Shown here: positions 40,466-49,484 of the stretch, piece by piece
Numbering within the stretch: the first letter of the stretch is position 1
How the letters are laid out: each line of letters opens with the position of its first letter
IMG/VR virus record: IMGVR_UViG_3300033068_001821
Length of the DNA stretch: 64,000 nt
Direction: 5' to 3' (one strand)
Source of the DNA: an uncultured virus (IMG/VR IMGVR_UViG_3300033068_001821)
Taxonomy: Duplodnaviria > Heunggongvirae > Uroviricota > Caudoviricetes
The notes under the pieces: generated by a model
What the model saw: only the letters and a program-made list of their open reading frames with translations
Databases searched by the model: none
What the model was told of the DNA's origin: nothing
Position numbers and translations under genes: made by a program

Positions 40466-40833
40466 AATACTTAAAAAAATTTAATGAGAGTAAAGAAGAA
40501 CATCCTTTATATAAAGAATGGGATCCTATATTTGATATATTATATAAAGAAGGTGTAAAAGTAGTAATATCATTTATAGAAAATCACATAGAGAAAGGTA
40601 AATTGGTAATAATTCTTCATGATATAAAGTCAATAAAGCCAGGAATGGGTAAAAAAGGTATGTACGAACTAACAAATTTTGCAGATACTCACAAACTTGA
40701 TATTTACCTAATTGCTTCTCCTTCATATGGATCTGACTTAGATAGACTTGTTAAATTTTATGAAAAATTTGGATTTATCAACATGGGTAAATATTCTAAC
40801 ATGGGTTATGAGATGAAAAGAGAATATAAATAA
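40462..40833 (+). CDS. Leader-bearing GNAT-like acetyltransferase
   Basis: MKYLKKFNES; PGMGKKGM, LVKFYEKFGF. Confidence 0.65.
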   Translation: MKYLKKFNESKEEHPLYKEWDPIFDILYKEGVKVVISFIENHIEKGKLVIILHDIKSIKPGMGKKGMYELTNFADTHKLDIYLIASPSYGSDLDRLVKFYEKFGFINMGKYSNMGYEMKREYK

Positions 40834-40860
40834 AAATCCTCTCAAATTGAGAGGATTTTT
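40832..40860. terminator. Bidirectional terminator
   Basis: AAAATCCTCTCA-AAT-TGAGAGGATTTT. Confidence 0.75.
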
Positions 40861-40862
40861 CA

Positions 40863-42315
40863 TTAGAAACCACCAAAGATATCCATTACCACACTTAATC
40901 TTTTAGTTATTTCAGGTAAACCTAATGGTTCGATAATCGAGTTGATTGGAGAAAGTATAGCTTTAGAAAATTGTTCGTCATAATCTATAGCAGGTGCGAA
41001 CTCGTGAGGATAAGAACCTCTCATATAAGCAAACTGATCATTTACAGTCTTATCTTTACAAACATAGTACTTAATCTTTGTACCAGATTTAAGAAATTCA
41101 TACTTTTGTTGAGCTTCTTTATCTTGATGTAAAAGGTAATTATGATAAGCCGCTGCTTTTACTGCAAAGTGAGCACCATTTACATATTTTAAAGGTAAAG
41201 ACTTATCATCAATAATCTTAGAATCATAGTTAGAACAAGATGATTGCATTGCAATATCATCAATATCAGCTAACTCAAACTCTTTTCTCAAATTCTTAAC
41301 TAATCTCAATAATTCTTTAATGTTGAATGTATCTGGATTTGAAAATAAATACTTAACAATATCAACAATTTTATCTCTAGCAAATAATGGTGTTGATGAA
41401 CGAACAAGTTCTACACCTTTAGGAAAGATATATTTCATTCTATCAAATGGAATTCCATCTTCATATAAGATATGTTGAATATATTTCTTTTTAGCAATAT
41501 TGATAATTGATTCTGAAATCTTTTCTAACTCAAAGTCTTCTTTATTTTCTACACCAAATGACGCAGCATAATCTTCTAAGCATTGTTTAAAATAACCACC
41601 ATATCTAAAATGGTCTAATCCTTGAATTAGTTCTAACTCATTTGTCCAATTCCATTGAATGTCACAAGTGAATACACCGTCATTTATCATTTTATTTAAA
41701 GTTCTGTCTTTGATAAAGTGACCATCAAATACTAATAGTTCATAGTCATTAAGGATAACTTCTTTTAAATCGTCTATTGAACCTACAACTGCAATACAAT
41801 TAGGATTATTTGTCTTCACTTTTTCTTTTGAAAGAACAATGAATTTCTTATCAATAGAATCAACTTCACTTAAAACTAAATTCTCCCAATCACAATGATC
41901 AATTGCAGGTTTAAATGATACAAATAATGAGTCAGTATCTGCATAAATACTAACATGTTCATTTTTATCAATTTGAGTAACATTTTTTATTCCTACTTTA
42001 TCATGTACTTCAAAATCAAGATGCCATTGGTTATACCAATAGTCTTCATTTACTCTATCCATTGTTTTTGTAAGGTCACGACCTTGTGCCGTTATTGTGC
42101 CTGCTACGTGATTATTATATAATATGAAGTAGGCTGTTGCGAATGCTCCGCTAATTTCACCCCCACCACATATGTGGTGGGGGTTAAGCATAGGAGCCAT
42201 TAAGCACAAGCTTCAATGCCGTCTGCATTGCATTATAGTATTCAACATCTTTTTTTAGTTGTACTGCTTGTATCTTTAATGACTCTATTTTTAATTTTTT
42301 TTCTTCTCTTGTCAT
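40863..42315 (-). CDS. Family B DNA polymerase, C-terminal subunit (gp43B-like), interrupted by a 40-nt insert at 42150-42189
   Basis: Segment 42315-42190 ends QTALKLVLNGSY; segment 42149-40863 starts GAFATAYF..TITAQGR and has YADTDS, AKKKY, KGVELVRSSTP. Confidence 0.88.
42150..42189 (-). other. 40-nt coding gap with in-frame stop and 24-nt perfect palindrome
   Basis: GCTTAA-CCCCCACCACATATGTGGTGGGGG-TGAAATTAGC between Tyr and Gly codons of motif B. Confidence 0.85.
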
Positions 42316-42379
42316 AGATATTATATAAATATATATATAAAAGTTTCAAAGGGACATATGGGGCTTTAATATATATGTT

Positions 42380-43255
42380 ATGATAAAGAATGATAAAATT
42401 AAAGTCAATATTTCATATAGAAATATTACACATTATATTAAATTAGGGTATAATCCTATTTTAAATAAAGAATTGGAAATAGAAACCAGCCATTTATCAA
42501 CATCATCACATGTTAAGATTGATGTTATATGCAAAATATGTGGAATCGAAAATAATATTATGTATTATAAATATATTGATAATGTTGAAAGACATGGTTT
42601 CTATGGTTGTAGAAAATGTTCTAGACAAAAGGCGGCAATGACCTCATTAGAGAAATATGGAGTTGATAACTATAGTAAAACAAATGAATGGAAGGATAGA
42701 GTTGAAAAAACAAATATTGATAAATTCGGTTATAAAACAAATTTATTATCACCTGATTATAAAGAAAGTATATCAAATATACTACTTGCTAAATATGGTA
42801 CGAAAAATTGGTGGGAGATAAGAAATACTAATAAAAAATCAAAGTTAGTTATAATTGATAATATTATTAAAAATGTAATAATATATTCCGAAGATTTATA
42901 TGATGACGGATTTATAAATGATAATTACCTTCTATATAGAAATGAATGTAGAAGAATAACAAACTCTAATATTAAAAATATAATGATTGAATGGGATGGT
43001 ATTGATTACTATACTAAAGAGGATATATCAAATAATTTTACTCTACCACATAATGATCCTGGATATCCAACAATAGACCATAAAGAATCGGTTTATTTTG
43101 GATTTACTAATAATATAAGCCCTGAAGACATAGGTAGTAATAATAATTTATGTATTACAAAAAGAGGCATAAATTCAACAAAGAGAGATTTATGTGAACT
43201 AGAATTTCTAGATAAATTTAAAGATAAATTAGTTGAAACTGTTTTTAATATATAG
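42380..43255 (+). CDS. HNH-like homing endonuclease (paralog of 53164-53964)
   Basis: CKIC..CRKC, EKYGVDN repeats, YPTIDHK..NLCITKRGINSTK. Confidence 0.7.
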   Translation: MIKNDKIKVNISYRNITHYIKLGYNPILNKELEIETSHLSTSSHVKIDVICKICGIENNIMYYKYIDNVERHGFYGCRKCSRQKAAMTSLEKYGVDNYSKTNEWKDRVEKTNIDKFGYKTNLLSPDYKESISNILLAKYGTKNWWEIRNTNKKSKLVIIDNIIKNVIIYSEDLYDDGFINDNYLLYRNECRRITNSNIKNIMIEWDGIDYYTKEDISNNFTLPHNDPGYPTIDHKESVYFGFTNNISPEDIGSNNNLCITKRGINSTKRDLCELEFLDKFKDKLVETVFNI

Positions 43256-43258
43256 TAA

Positions 43259-43501
43259 ATGGAATATTTAAAAACTTATAAAATATTTGAAAGTAAATCT
43301 AATCTTAAATTTACCAAGAAAGAAAAGAAGAAAGGTGCAAAAACTGATACTTATGATGTTACTAAATCCGGTACAGTAATTGGTCAGGTTAAATGGTCTA
43401 GTAGAATGAGAGGATATGCTTTTCTACCCACAACCGACTGTGATAATGAAATCAAAGAGTTTGTAAAAGATCTTATGAAAAAAAGAAGAGAAGAAAAATG
43501 A
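43259..43501 (+). CDS. Small leader-bearing protein
   Basis: MEYLKTYKIFES; TAATATATA at 43246. Confidence 0.6.
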   Translation: MEYLKTYKIFESKSNLKFTKKEKKKGAKTDTYDVTKSGTVIGQVKWSSRMRGYAFLPTTDCDNEIKEFVKDLMKKRREEK

Positions 43502-43869
43502 AACACTTACAAAAATTTAACGAGAATAATGAGAATTATAGTGAAACTGATACAGAATATATTGATATGTGTTTTGTAGAGTTGAGTGATTCCTATGAAA
43601 TAATAAACCAAAGAGAAGAATATGGTAATGAAGACCTTTGTTATTATAGTATTTTAATAAAAATAGAAGTGGATTATAACTATAGTGATTATGGGTATAA
43701 TTTAGGTGAATTTCTATCATTATCAAATAAAATATCAGATATTAGTGAAAAAGTAGATGATGCTATAAATAAAGTTAAAATTAAATATAGGAATATTAAA
43801 GTAATTATAGATTTCTTTAGAAATGAAGGTGATGAAAATACTTATTACTTTAAATTAGACATTCAATAA
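43498..43869 (+). CDS. Leader-bearing hypothetical protein
   Basis: MKHLQKFNE. Confidence 0.6.
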   Translation: MKHLQKFNENNENYSETDTEYIDMCFVELSDSYEIINQREEYGNEDLCYYSILIKIEVDYNYSDYGYNLGEFLSLSNKISDISEKVDDAINKVKIKYRNIKVIIDFFRNEGDENTYYFKLDIQ

Positions 43870-43888
43870 AAAATAAAAAAGAAGAACA

Positions 43889-44422
43889 TTAGTTCTTCTT
43901 TTTTGGTTTTAATATCATAAGCCATTTACTTGATTCAAGTTTTGGTACATTCTCAGCGGATCCATATTCTTCTAACAGAGTAGCAAATTTTAGCATTACT
44001 AACTGTCCTCTGTCTGGATTTCCTTTTTGTCTTCCTTTTAATTGAATAACACATTTTACTTTATCATTATCCAATAAAAATTCTTTACCTTTTTTGGCTT
44101 TAATCTCTAAATCGTGATCGGAGATTTCACAAGAAAGTTTAATTTCTTTTAACTCTGATTTTACAGCATTTTTCTTTTGTTCTTTTAACATTTTTTCAAT
44201 GTTATAAAGAAACTTACCGTAGTCTTCGATTTTAGCAATAGGTGGATCTTGATTCTCATTGATTAAAATAAGATCTTTTCCTTCTTCATCTGCTAAACGA
44301 AGTGCGTCTTTAGTTTTCATTACTTCTGGTGCAGCACCAGTAACGATCAATCTAACCTCAAATGACTTAATCTCGTCATTTATTTTGTGTTTTCTTTTGT
44401 TGTTTAGTTGTCTTCTATTCAA
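43889..44422 (-). CDS. infC: Translation initiation factor IF-3
   Basis: INDEIKSFEVRLI, DLILI..PPIAKIEDYGKFLY, KEIKL..ISDHDL, KGRQ; TTG start. Confidence 0.92.
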   Translation of the reverse strand: MNRRQLNNKRKHKINDEIKSFEVRLIVTGAAPEVMKTKDALRLADEEGKDLILINENQDPPIAKIEDYGKFLYNIEKMLKEQKKNAVKSELKEIKLSCEISDHDLEIKAKKGKEFLLDNDKVKCVIQLKGRQKGNPDRGQLVMLKFATLLEEYGSAENVPKLESSKWLMILKPKKKN

Positions 44423-44606
44423 TTTTGAATAATTTAATTATTTTTATTTGTCTGTTTATATATTTATTATTAAAATCATAAGAATTCTTCCAGAACTCCC
44501 ACCATTTATTTTTTTTCTTAAATGACTCAAGTGGTATTTTAAATGTCATTCGGTAACTACCATCATCAATTATATTCCAATCTATTTTATTACTAGAACA
44601 TTGCAT
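44415..44606 (-). CDS. Small hypothetical protein
   Basis: KKNKWWEFWK; ends RQIKIIKLF. Confidence 0.45.
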   Translation of the reverse strand: MQCSSNKIDWNIIDDGSYRMTFKIPLESFKKKNKWWEFWKNSYDFNNKYINRQIKIIKLFKIE

Positions 44607-44692
44607 ATTTTAATAATTCTTATTGCATTTTTAGGTAATTTTCAACCTCTTTTTTGGAAGGATAATATCTCAAAAGGTAATAGATGGGAAGA

Positions 44693-45478
44693 CTAATCAT
44701 CATCACTGGAAAAGTCTTGTTCAAATGAGAGCATGAGATTTGAGTTTTCATCTTTTATTAACATAAAGTTATCAAAGATAATAAATTCTATTGAATCCAT
44801 CTTATCATTTATACAACTTAAAAATCTTTTATTTAAAATTAAACTGGCTGTTCTATCATCGTTTAAATTATCTACTTCTAATTCCCAAGAAGATTTTTCC
44901 GATAAAGTAACGACACCTTTAATAACATCCATATTTATTATCTTCTCATTATTGATAGAAGATAATTTTTTAATATCTAAAAAGTCATTATTAGGTATAT
45001 TAAAAGTCCATTTTTTATTTCTAACATCTAATCTTTGAGCTAATGCAGATTTACCAATATCTCTTATTGTTCCACTTTCTCCACCCAACCAATTTACTTT
45101 GAATTTGCCAGAAGATACTTGAAGACCTCTCGCTAAATATAAAGAATCATCATCTGGTGATTCTTTATAACTAACTTCAAAACCAATTTTATCCATATCT
45201 TTAATAAAAGCTAGATTTTTAACAAATCTTTTAGCAGAAGGAATAACAATATCTAATGAAAAGTCTTCCATATCATTATCAAAGTATTCTTTTGTAGGTA
45301 ATAAGAAGTTTTTAAATGCCAAAATAACATTACCACCACCCAACATTGCATACATTAAAATATTTTCATTATCTATTTTTACCTTAACGGTATCATCGAT
45401 AGAAGCGACTATGTTTAACTTCTCTACAAAGTCAGAGAATTTACTTGGTATTACTTTTAATTTTACTTTTCCTGCCAT
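44693..45478 (-). CDS. Probable DNA sliding clamp (gp45/PCNA-like)
   Basis: 261 aa with two repeated alpha/beta halves; replication-type promoter; near polymerase. Confidence 0.5.
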   Translation of the reverse strand: MAGKVKLKVIPSKFSDFVEKLNIVASIDDTVKVKIDNENILMYAMLGGGNVILAFKNFLLPTKEYFDNDMEDFSLDIVIPSAKRFVKNLAFIKDMDKIGFEVSYKESPDDDSLYLARGLQVSSGKFKVNWLGGESGTIRDIGKSALAQRLDVRNKKWTFNIPNNDFLDIKKLSSINNEKIINMDVIKGVVTLSEKSSWELEVDNLNDDRTASLILNKRFLSCINDKMDSIEFIIFDNFMLIKDENSNLMLSFEQDFSSDDD

Positions 45479-45549
45479 ATTTAATTTAATTATTAGTGAT
45501 TATATAAAAAAGTTGATTTTTTGTTTAATATAATTTAATATATATGTTT

Positions 45550-46395
45550 ATGATTAAGAACTGGAACCAATTTATTAAGGAAAATGTAACTAATCCGGAT
45601 AGTTATCTGGATATGAGAATGCAAGAAATCAAAGATTTACTTGATAGTAATGAAAATAGTGAGACACTTATATATGAGTGGGAGAATAAAGACGACCACG
45701 AATTATATGTGAACTTTTCTGCAAATGGAATGAATGTTAGATACGAATTTGACATTGATGATATGAGAGTTACTAAAATTGCAAATGATGTACACGATTT
45801 TACAGAAGAAGTAGAATCACTAGAAGCAGGAGTTGAAATGATCGAACAAGATATTCACTCTATATTAGGTATATCTGAGAAAGCTAAAACTCCTGGTGAA
45901 AAATATAAAGGACATCATGTACCTGCAAAATACCTTACCAGAAAGAAAGATGCAATGAAGAAAGAAATTGATACTTTCAGAGGTAAGAAAGAATATAAAA
46001 AGGATTGGGAAGCAGATATTGATAAAAGATCTGGTAAAAGAATTAAAACTAAACAATCTGCAGCAACAAAGGCGTTCCATAGCATGTTTGAGTCTAAATA
46101 TGAGGAATCTATACTATTAAGTATAGAAGCAGGAGAAGGAAATTCATTCTTAAAAAATCGTTTTTCTAATTTAGAAATAAATAAAAAACTAATGAGATTA
46201 TTAGACAAAAAATTTAATCTTAATTTAGGTGAAATTTCTGATAAACATAAAATTGAAGGATCGAAAGTATCAGAACTATCTAAATTTCTAACTTCTTTAG
46301 GACTTAAAAAAGAAGAAGATAAAATCGGTGATAGAGTAAAAATAACATTTAGAGGACACTTGTCTTTAAAAGATCTAAAAAAAATTAAAGAATAA
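45550..46395 (+). CDS. Leader-bearing multi-domain protein
   Basis: MIKNWNQFIKE; internal VPAKYL..KTKQSAATKAFHSMFE. Confidence 0.6.
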   Translation: MIKNWNQFIKENVTNPDSYLDMRMQEIKDLLDSNENSETLIYEWENKDDHELYVNFSANGMNVRYEFDIDDMRVTKIANDVHDFTEEVESLEAGVEMIEQDIHSILGISEKAKTPGEKYKGHHVPAKYLTRKKDAMKKEIDTFRGKKEYKKDWEADIDKRSGKRIKTKQSAATKAFHSMFESKYEESILLSIEAGEGNSFLKNRFSNLEINKKLMRLLDKKFNLNLGEISDKHKIEGSKVSELSKFLTSLGLKKEEDKIGDRVKITFRGHLSLKDLKKIKE

Positions 46396-47027
46396 TGAAA
46401 TACTTAAAATTATTTGAAAACTTCAATGAAGAATTGGATGAAGACTTAATACTAAGCCTAATGAAAGAAAAAGGTTGGGGTGATTTAAGTTATGAAAGAA
46501 TTGAAGATTTTAAAATGTCAGACCATTATAAAGATCCAATAGATGAACAAGATTTTGCTGAACAATTTGACGACTATTTATGGTATGATGATTCAATGGA
46601 TGATGAATATCTACGTATAAAATCTGGTGAAGGAAGAGATGATTATGATGATGAAGAAGAAGAATTTGGTGATCGTAGAACAGAATATGGTTCTTACATA
46701 AATCCAGAAGGTGAAGAGTATTTTGATGATGAAGAAGAGTTTGATGACGACCTACAAGATTTAAAAGAAGCAAAGAAATCAGGAGTTTCAACTGCTTTAA
46801 AAAATAAAGCCAAAGCTTCTGGAATTCCTTTAGGGATTTTAAGAAAAGTATTTTCAAAAGGAATGCAAGCTTGGAATGCAGGTCATAGACCTGGAGTTGC
46901 ACAACACCAATGGGGAATGGGTAGAGTAAACTCATTTATTACTGGTTCAGGTGGTGCAAGAAAAGCTGATGCTGATTTATGGGCTAAAGCAAAAGCAGCA
47001 AAAGCTAGAAAAAAGAAAAAGAAATAA
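46395..47027 (+). CDS. Leader-bearing protein with C-terminal DUF5824-like domain
   Basis: KAKASGIPLGILRKVFSKGMQAW..HRPG..QWGMGRVNSF. Confidence 0.65.
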   Translation: MKYLKLFENFNEELDEDLILSLMKEKGWGDLSYERIEDFKMSDHYKDPIDEQDFAEQFDDYLWYDDSMDDEYLRIKSGEGRDDYDDEEEEFGDRRTEYGSYINPEGEEYFDDEEEFDDDLQDLKEAKKSGVSTALKNKAKASGIPLGILRKVFSKGMQAWNAGHRPGVAQHQWGMGRVNSFITGSGGARKADADLWAKAKAAKARKKKKK

Positions 47028-47689
47028 TGAAGTATTTAAAAAAGTTTAACGAAGCAATCGTTGATTATAAGAATGACGATATAGATGCACTAATGGGAGA
47101 AATCAATACATATCCAAGAAACCATAGATTTCAATTAAGCGAATTGACAAGACTTGGTGCAGAATATAATATAGAAATAGTTGATTATGATACATTTTAT
47201 AATGACTTACCAGAAAGAGACAAATCAACAGCACCTTCAAAAACTGCTAGAGAATCTCAATTTTTTGCTTTAGTGAACCCGGTTACTAAAAGACCTAGAA
47301 TTGTATTAAATTTACCTATGCCTTTTATACCTAAAGACTTTTTTGACCAAGTACCAATTGGTGATATACTTAAACACGAACAGATACACGTAGGTCAACA
47401 CTCAAGAAGACCTAATGTAAATTTACCTTTACCAGAACCAAAAGATAGAAAAGCTTATTTTTCAAATAAAGATGAAGTTATGGCATTTGCATTCTCAGTT
47501 GCCAAAGAGGTAGTTACAATGTTTCCAAATATTACAACTCCTAAAGAGGGAATCGATAAACTTACCCAATATTTAGATAGATTTAGATTATACGGTGATA
47601 TTAAAAGAAGTGTTGATGCAGATACTTTAAAGAGATATAATAAATATATCTACTTATATTTAGAAGATTTATTAAAACCAGAAGAATAA
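47027..47689 (+). CDS. Leader-bearing zincin-like metallopeptidase
   Basis: HEQIH plus downstream YF..DEVMAFA. Confidence 0.6.
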   Translation: MKYLKKFNEAIVDYKNDDIDALMGEINTYPRNHRFQLSELTRLGAEYNIEIVDYDTFYNDLPERDKSTAPSKTARESQFFALVNPVTKRPRIVLNLPMPFIPKDFFDQVPIGDILKHEQIHVGQHSRRPNVNLPLPEPKDRKAYFSNKDEVMAFAFSVAKEVVTMFPNITTPKEGIDKLTQYLDRFRLYGDIKRSVDADTLKRYNKYIYLYLEDLLKPEE

Positions 47690-47955
47690 TGAAGTACTTG
47701 AACTTATTTGAAGAATTCAATTTTGATATTGAACCATTAGACGTACACGGCAATGACCTAGAAGTCGATATTGATGGTGAAGATTTTTCATTTAAAGTAA
47801 TTGATGGTGAAGTTAGTTTCTCAAGTGAAGATGACTACGAAAGAGCATTTGAACTTGGTATTGAAATTGATGATGAGTTAAAATCTTATATACTTGATGA
47901 GTATAAAAAAATGTCTGATAAAACTAGAATGAGAAGATTTGGGTTCTTTAAGTAA
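47689..47955 (+). CDS. Small leader-bearing acidic protein
   Basis: MKYLNLFEEF. Confidence 0.6.
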   Translation: MKYLNLFEEFNFDIEPLDVHGNDLEVDIDGEDFSFKVIDGEVSFSSEDDYERAFELGIEIDDELKSYILDEYKKMSDKTRMRRFGFFK

Positions 47956-48282
47956 TTATAACATTTCATTTACATTATCTCTTATAAACTTCTCTATTTC
48001 CTTTAGTTTTCTCTTCGATGTTTTTACATCAAGTTGTATTCTCCAATTACCAACTTTATCTAAGTCATCTTCTGTAATTTCAGTTACTTCCAATTTTAGA
48101 TCAGGTAGTCCCTCAAATAATTCGGGTTTTGAAAGTAAATCATCCTTAGTAAAAGAACGATTTAACTTAGGAAACACATAGTCTCCATTTTCATTAGGTT
48201 CGATAATATCACCTTTTTCGAGAATAATTTCTTCTCCAAATCCGGTATTCAATATAAAGTCTTCTATTAGTCTAAATTTCAT
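47956..48282 (-). CDS. Hypothetical protein
   Basis: ORF 108 aa behind AAAC-N17-TATAAT. Confidence 0.55.
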   Translation of the reverse strand: MKFRLIEDFILNTGFGEEIILEKGDIIEPNENGDYVFPKLNRSFTKDDLLSKPELFEGLPDLKLEVTEITEDDLDKVGNWRIQLDVKTSKRKLKEIEKFIRDNVNEML

Positions 48283-48364
48283 AATGATTATATGAAAGTT
48301 AGCAACTTTGTTTAAACTATTTTATTTTTTCATGTATAACATAAGAACATTAAAAATATCTAAA

Positions 48365-49435
48365 ATGAAATTAAACAAAAAGTTTTTAAAAGAGTACTTG
48401 AATAGTACTTCTCCAACAGGTTTTGAGTATGAATTAGGTGGACAGAAAGTTTGGATGGACAACATTGCAAAATATGTTGATTCTGTAGAAATCGATAATT
48501 ATGGTACTGCTTATGGTATTACTGGTAATTTAGATTCAGACTTTAAAGTTGTTATCGAAGCACACTCTGACGAGATTAGTTGGTTTGTAAACTACATTGA
48601 CTCTAAAGGATATATCAGAGTTATTAGAAATGGTGGTTCTGATGTACAAATTGCTCCTTCTATGAGAGTAAATTTATGGGGAGAAAAAGGACCTGTTTCA
48701 GGTGTATTTGGACATCCTGCAATTCATATCTCTGATAGAAAGAAAGAAGTTGATTTAAACTCTATTTTTATCGATATTGGTGCCACATCTAGAGATGAGG
48801 TTGCTAAAATGGGTATTAAAGTTGGTACAGTAGTTACTTTTAAAGACGAGTTAATGAAACTTGGTAAAAATTACTACTCTGGTAGAGCTCTTGACAATAG
48901 AATTGGTGGTTTTATGATTGCCGAAGTTGCAAGAAAATTAAAAGAGAAAGGTAAAAAACTACCATTTAAACTTTACATTGTTAATTCTGTTCAAGAAGAA
49001 ATTGGATTACGTGGTGCTGAAATGATTGCACACACAATTAAACCAAATGTTGCTATTGTAACCGATGTTTGTCATGAGACATCATCACCTTGCTATACTG
49101 CAAGTAAACAAGGTGACCACATTGCTGGTGATGGAGGTGTTATTACAAGAGGTCCTGCAGTTCATAATAAATTACGAAAACTAATTTTAGATACTGCAGA
49201 AGCTAAAAAAATCCCTCACCAGTTAGCAGCATCTTCAAGATCAACCGGGACTGATACTGACGCTTTTGCTTATGCAAACGGAGGTACACCATCTGCACTT
49301 ATTTCACTGCCATTGAAGTATATGCACACAACTTGTGAAACTGTTCACAAGAATGATATTAAAAATGTTATAGAGTTAATTTATGAAACTCTTCTAAATA
49401 TTGAAGAGAATCATAACTTTAAATATAACTCTTAA
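48365..49435 (+). CDS. M42 family metallo-aminopeptidase
   Basis: SPTGFE, AHSDEI, ALDNR, QEEIGLRGA, TDV, GTDTD, YMHT; start reassigned to ATG 48365. Confidence 0.92.
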   Translation: MKLNKKFLKEYLNSTSPTGFEYELGGQKVWMDNIAKYVDSVEIDNYGTAYGITGNLDSDFKVVIEAHSDEISWFVNYIDSKGYIRVIRNGGSDVQIAPSMRVNLWGEKGPVSGVFGHPAIHISDRKKEVDLNSIFIDIGATSRDEVAKMGIKVGTVVTFKDELMKLGKNYYSGRALDNRIGGFMIAEVARKLKEKGKKLPFKLYIVNSVQEEIGLRGAEMIAHTIKPNVAIVTDVCHETSSPCYTASKQGDHIAGDGGVITRGPAVHNKLRKLILDTAEAKKIPHQLAASSRSTGTDTDAFAYANGGTPSALISLPLKYMHTTCETVHKNDIKNVIELIYETLLNIEENHNFKYNS

Positions 49436-49484
49436 AAAGAAACCCATCTTACAAAAGATGGGTTTCTTATTTAATATATAGTTT

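Noticed and set aside
42160..42183. Palindrome as an ordinary intrinsic terminator
   Set aside because: No U tract follows on either strand and it lies inside a conserved catalytic motif
42150..42189. Canonical group I/II intron, intein or archaeal BHB intron
   Set aside because: Too short for a ribozyme or intein; frame-restoring junctions lack U|..G and GUGYG..AY signatures; bulges lie on the wrong side for a canonical BHB
42150..42209. ORF-track N-terminus MCLMAPMLNPHHICGGGEIS as the true polymerase start
   Set aside because: It reads the insert in another frame and omits the conserved KxxxN..Y half of motif B
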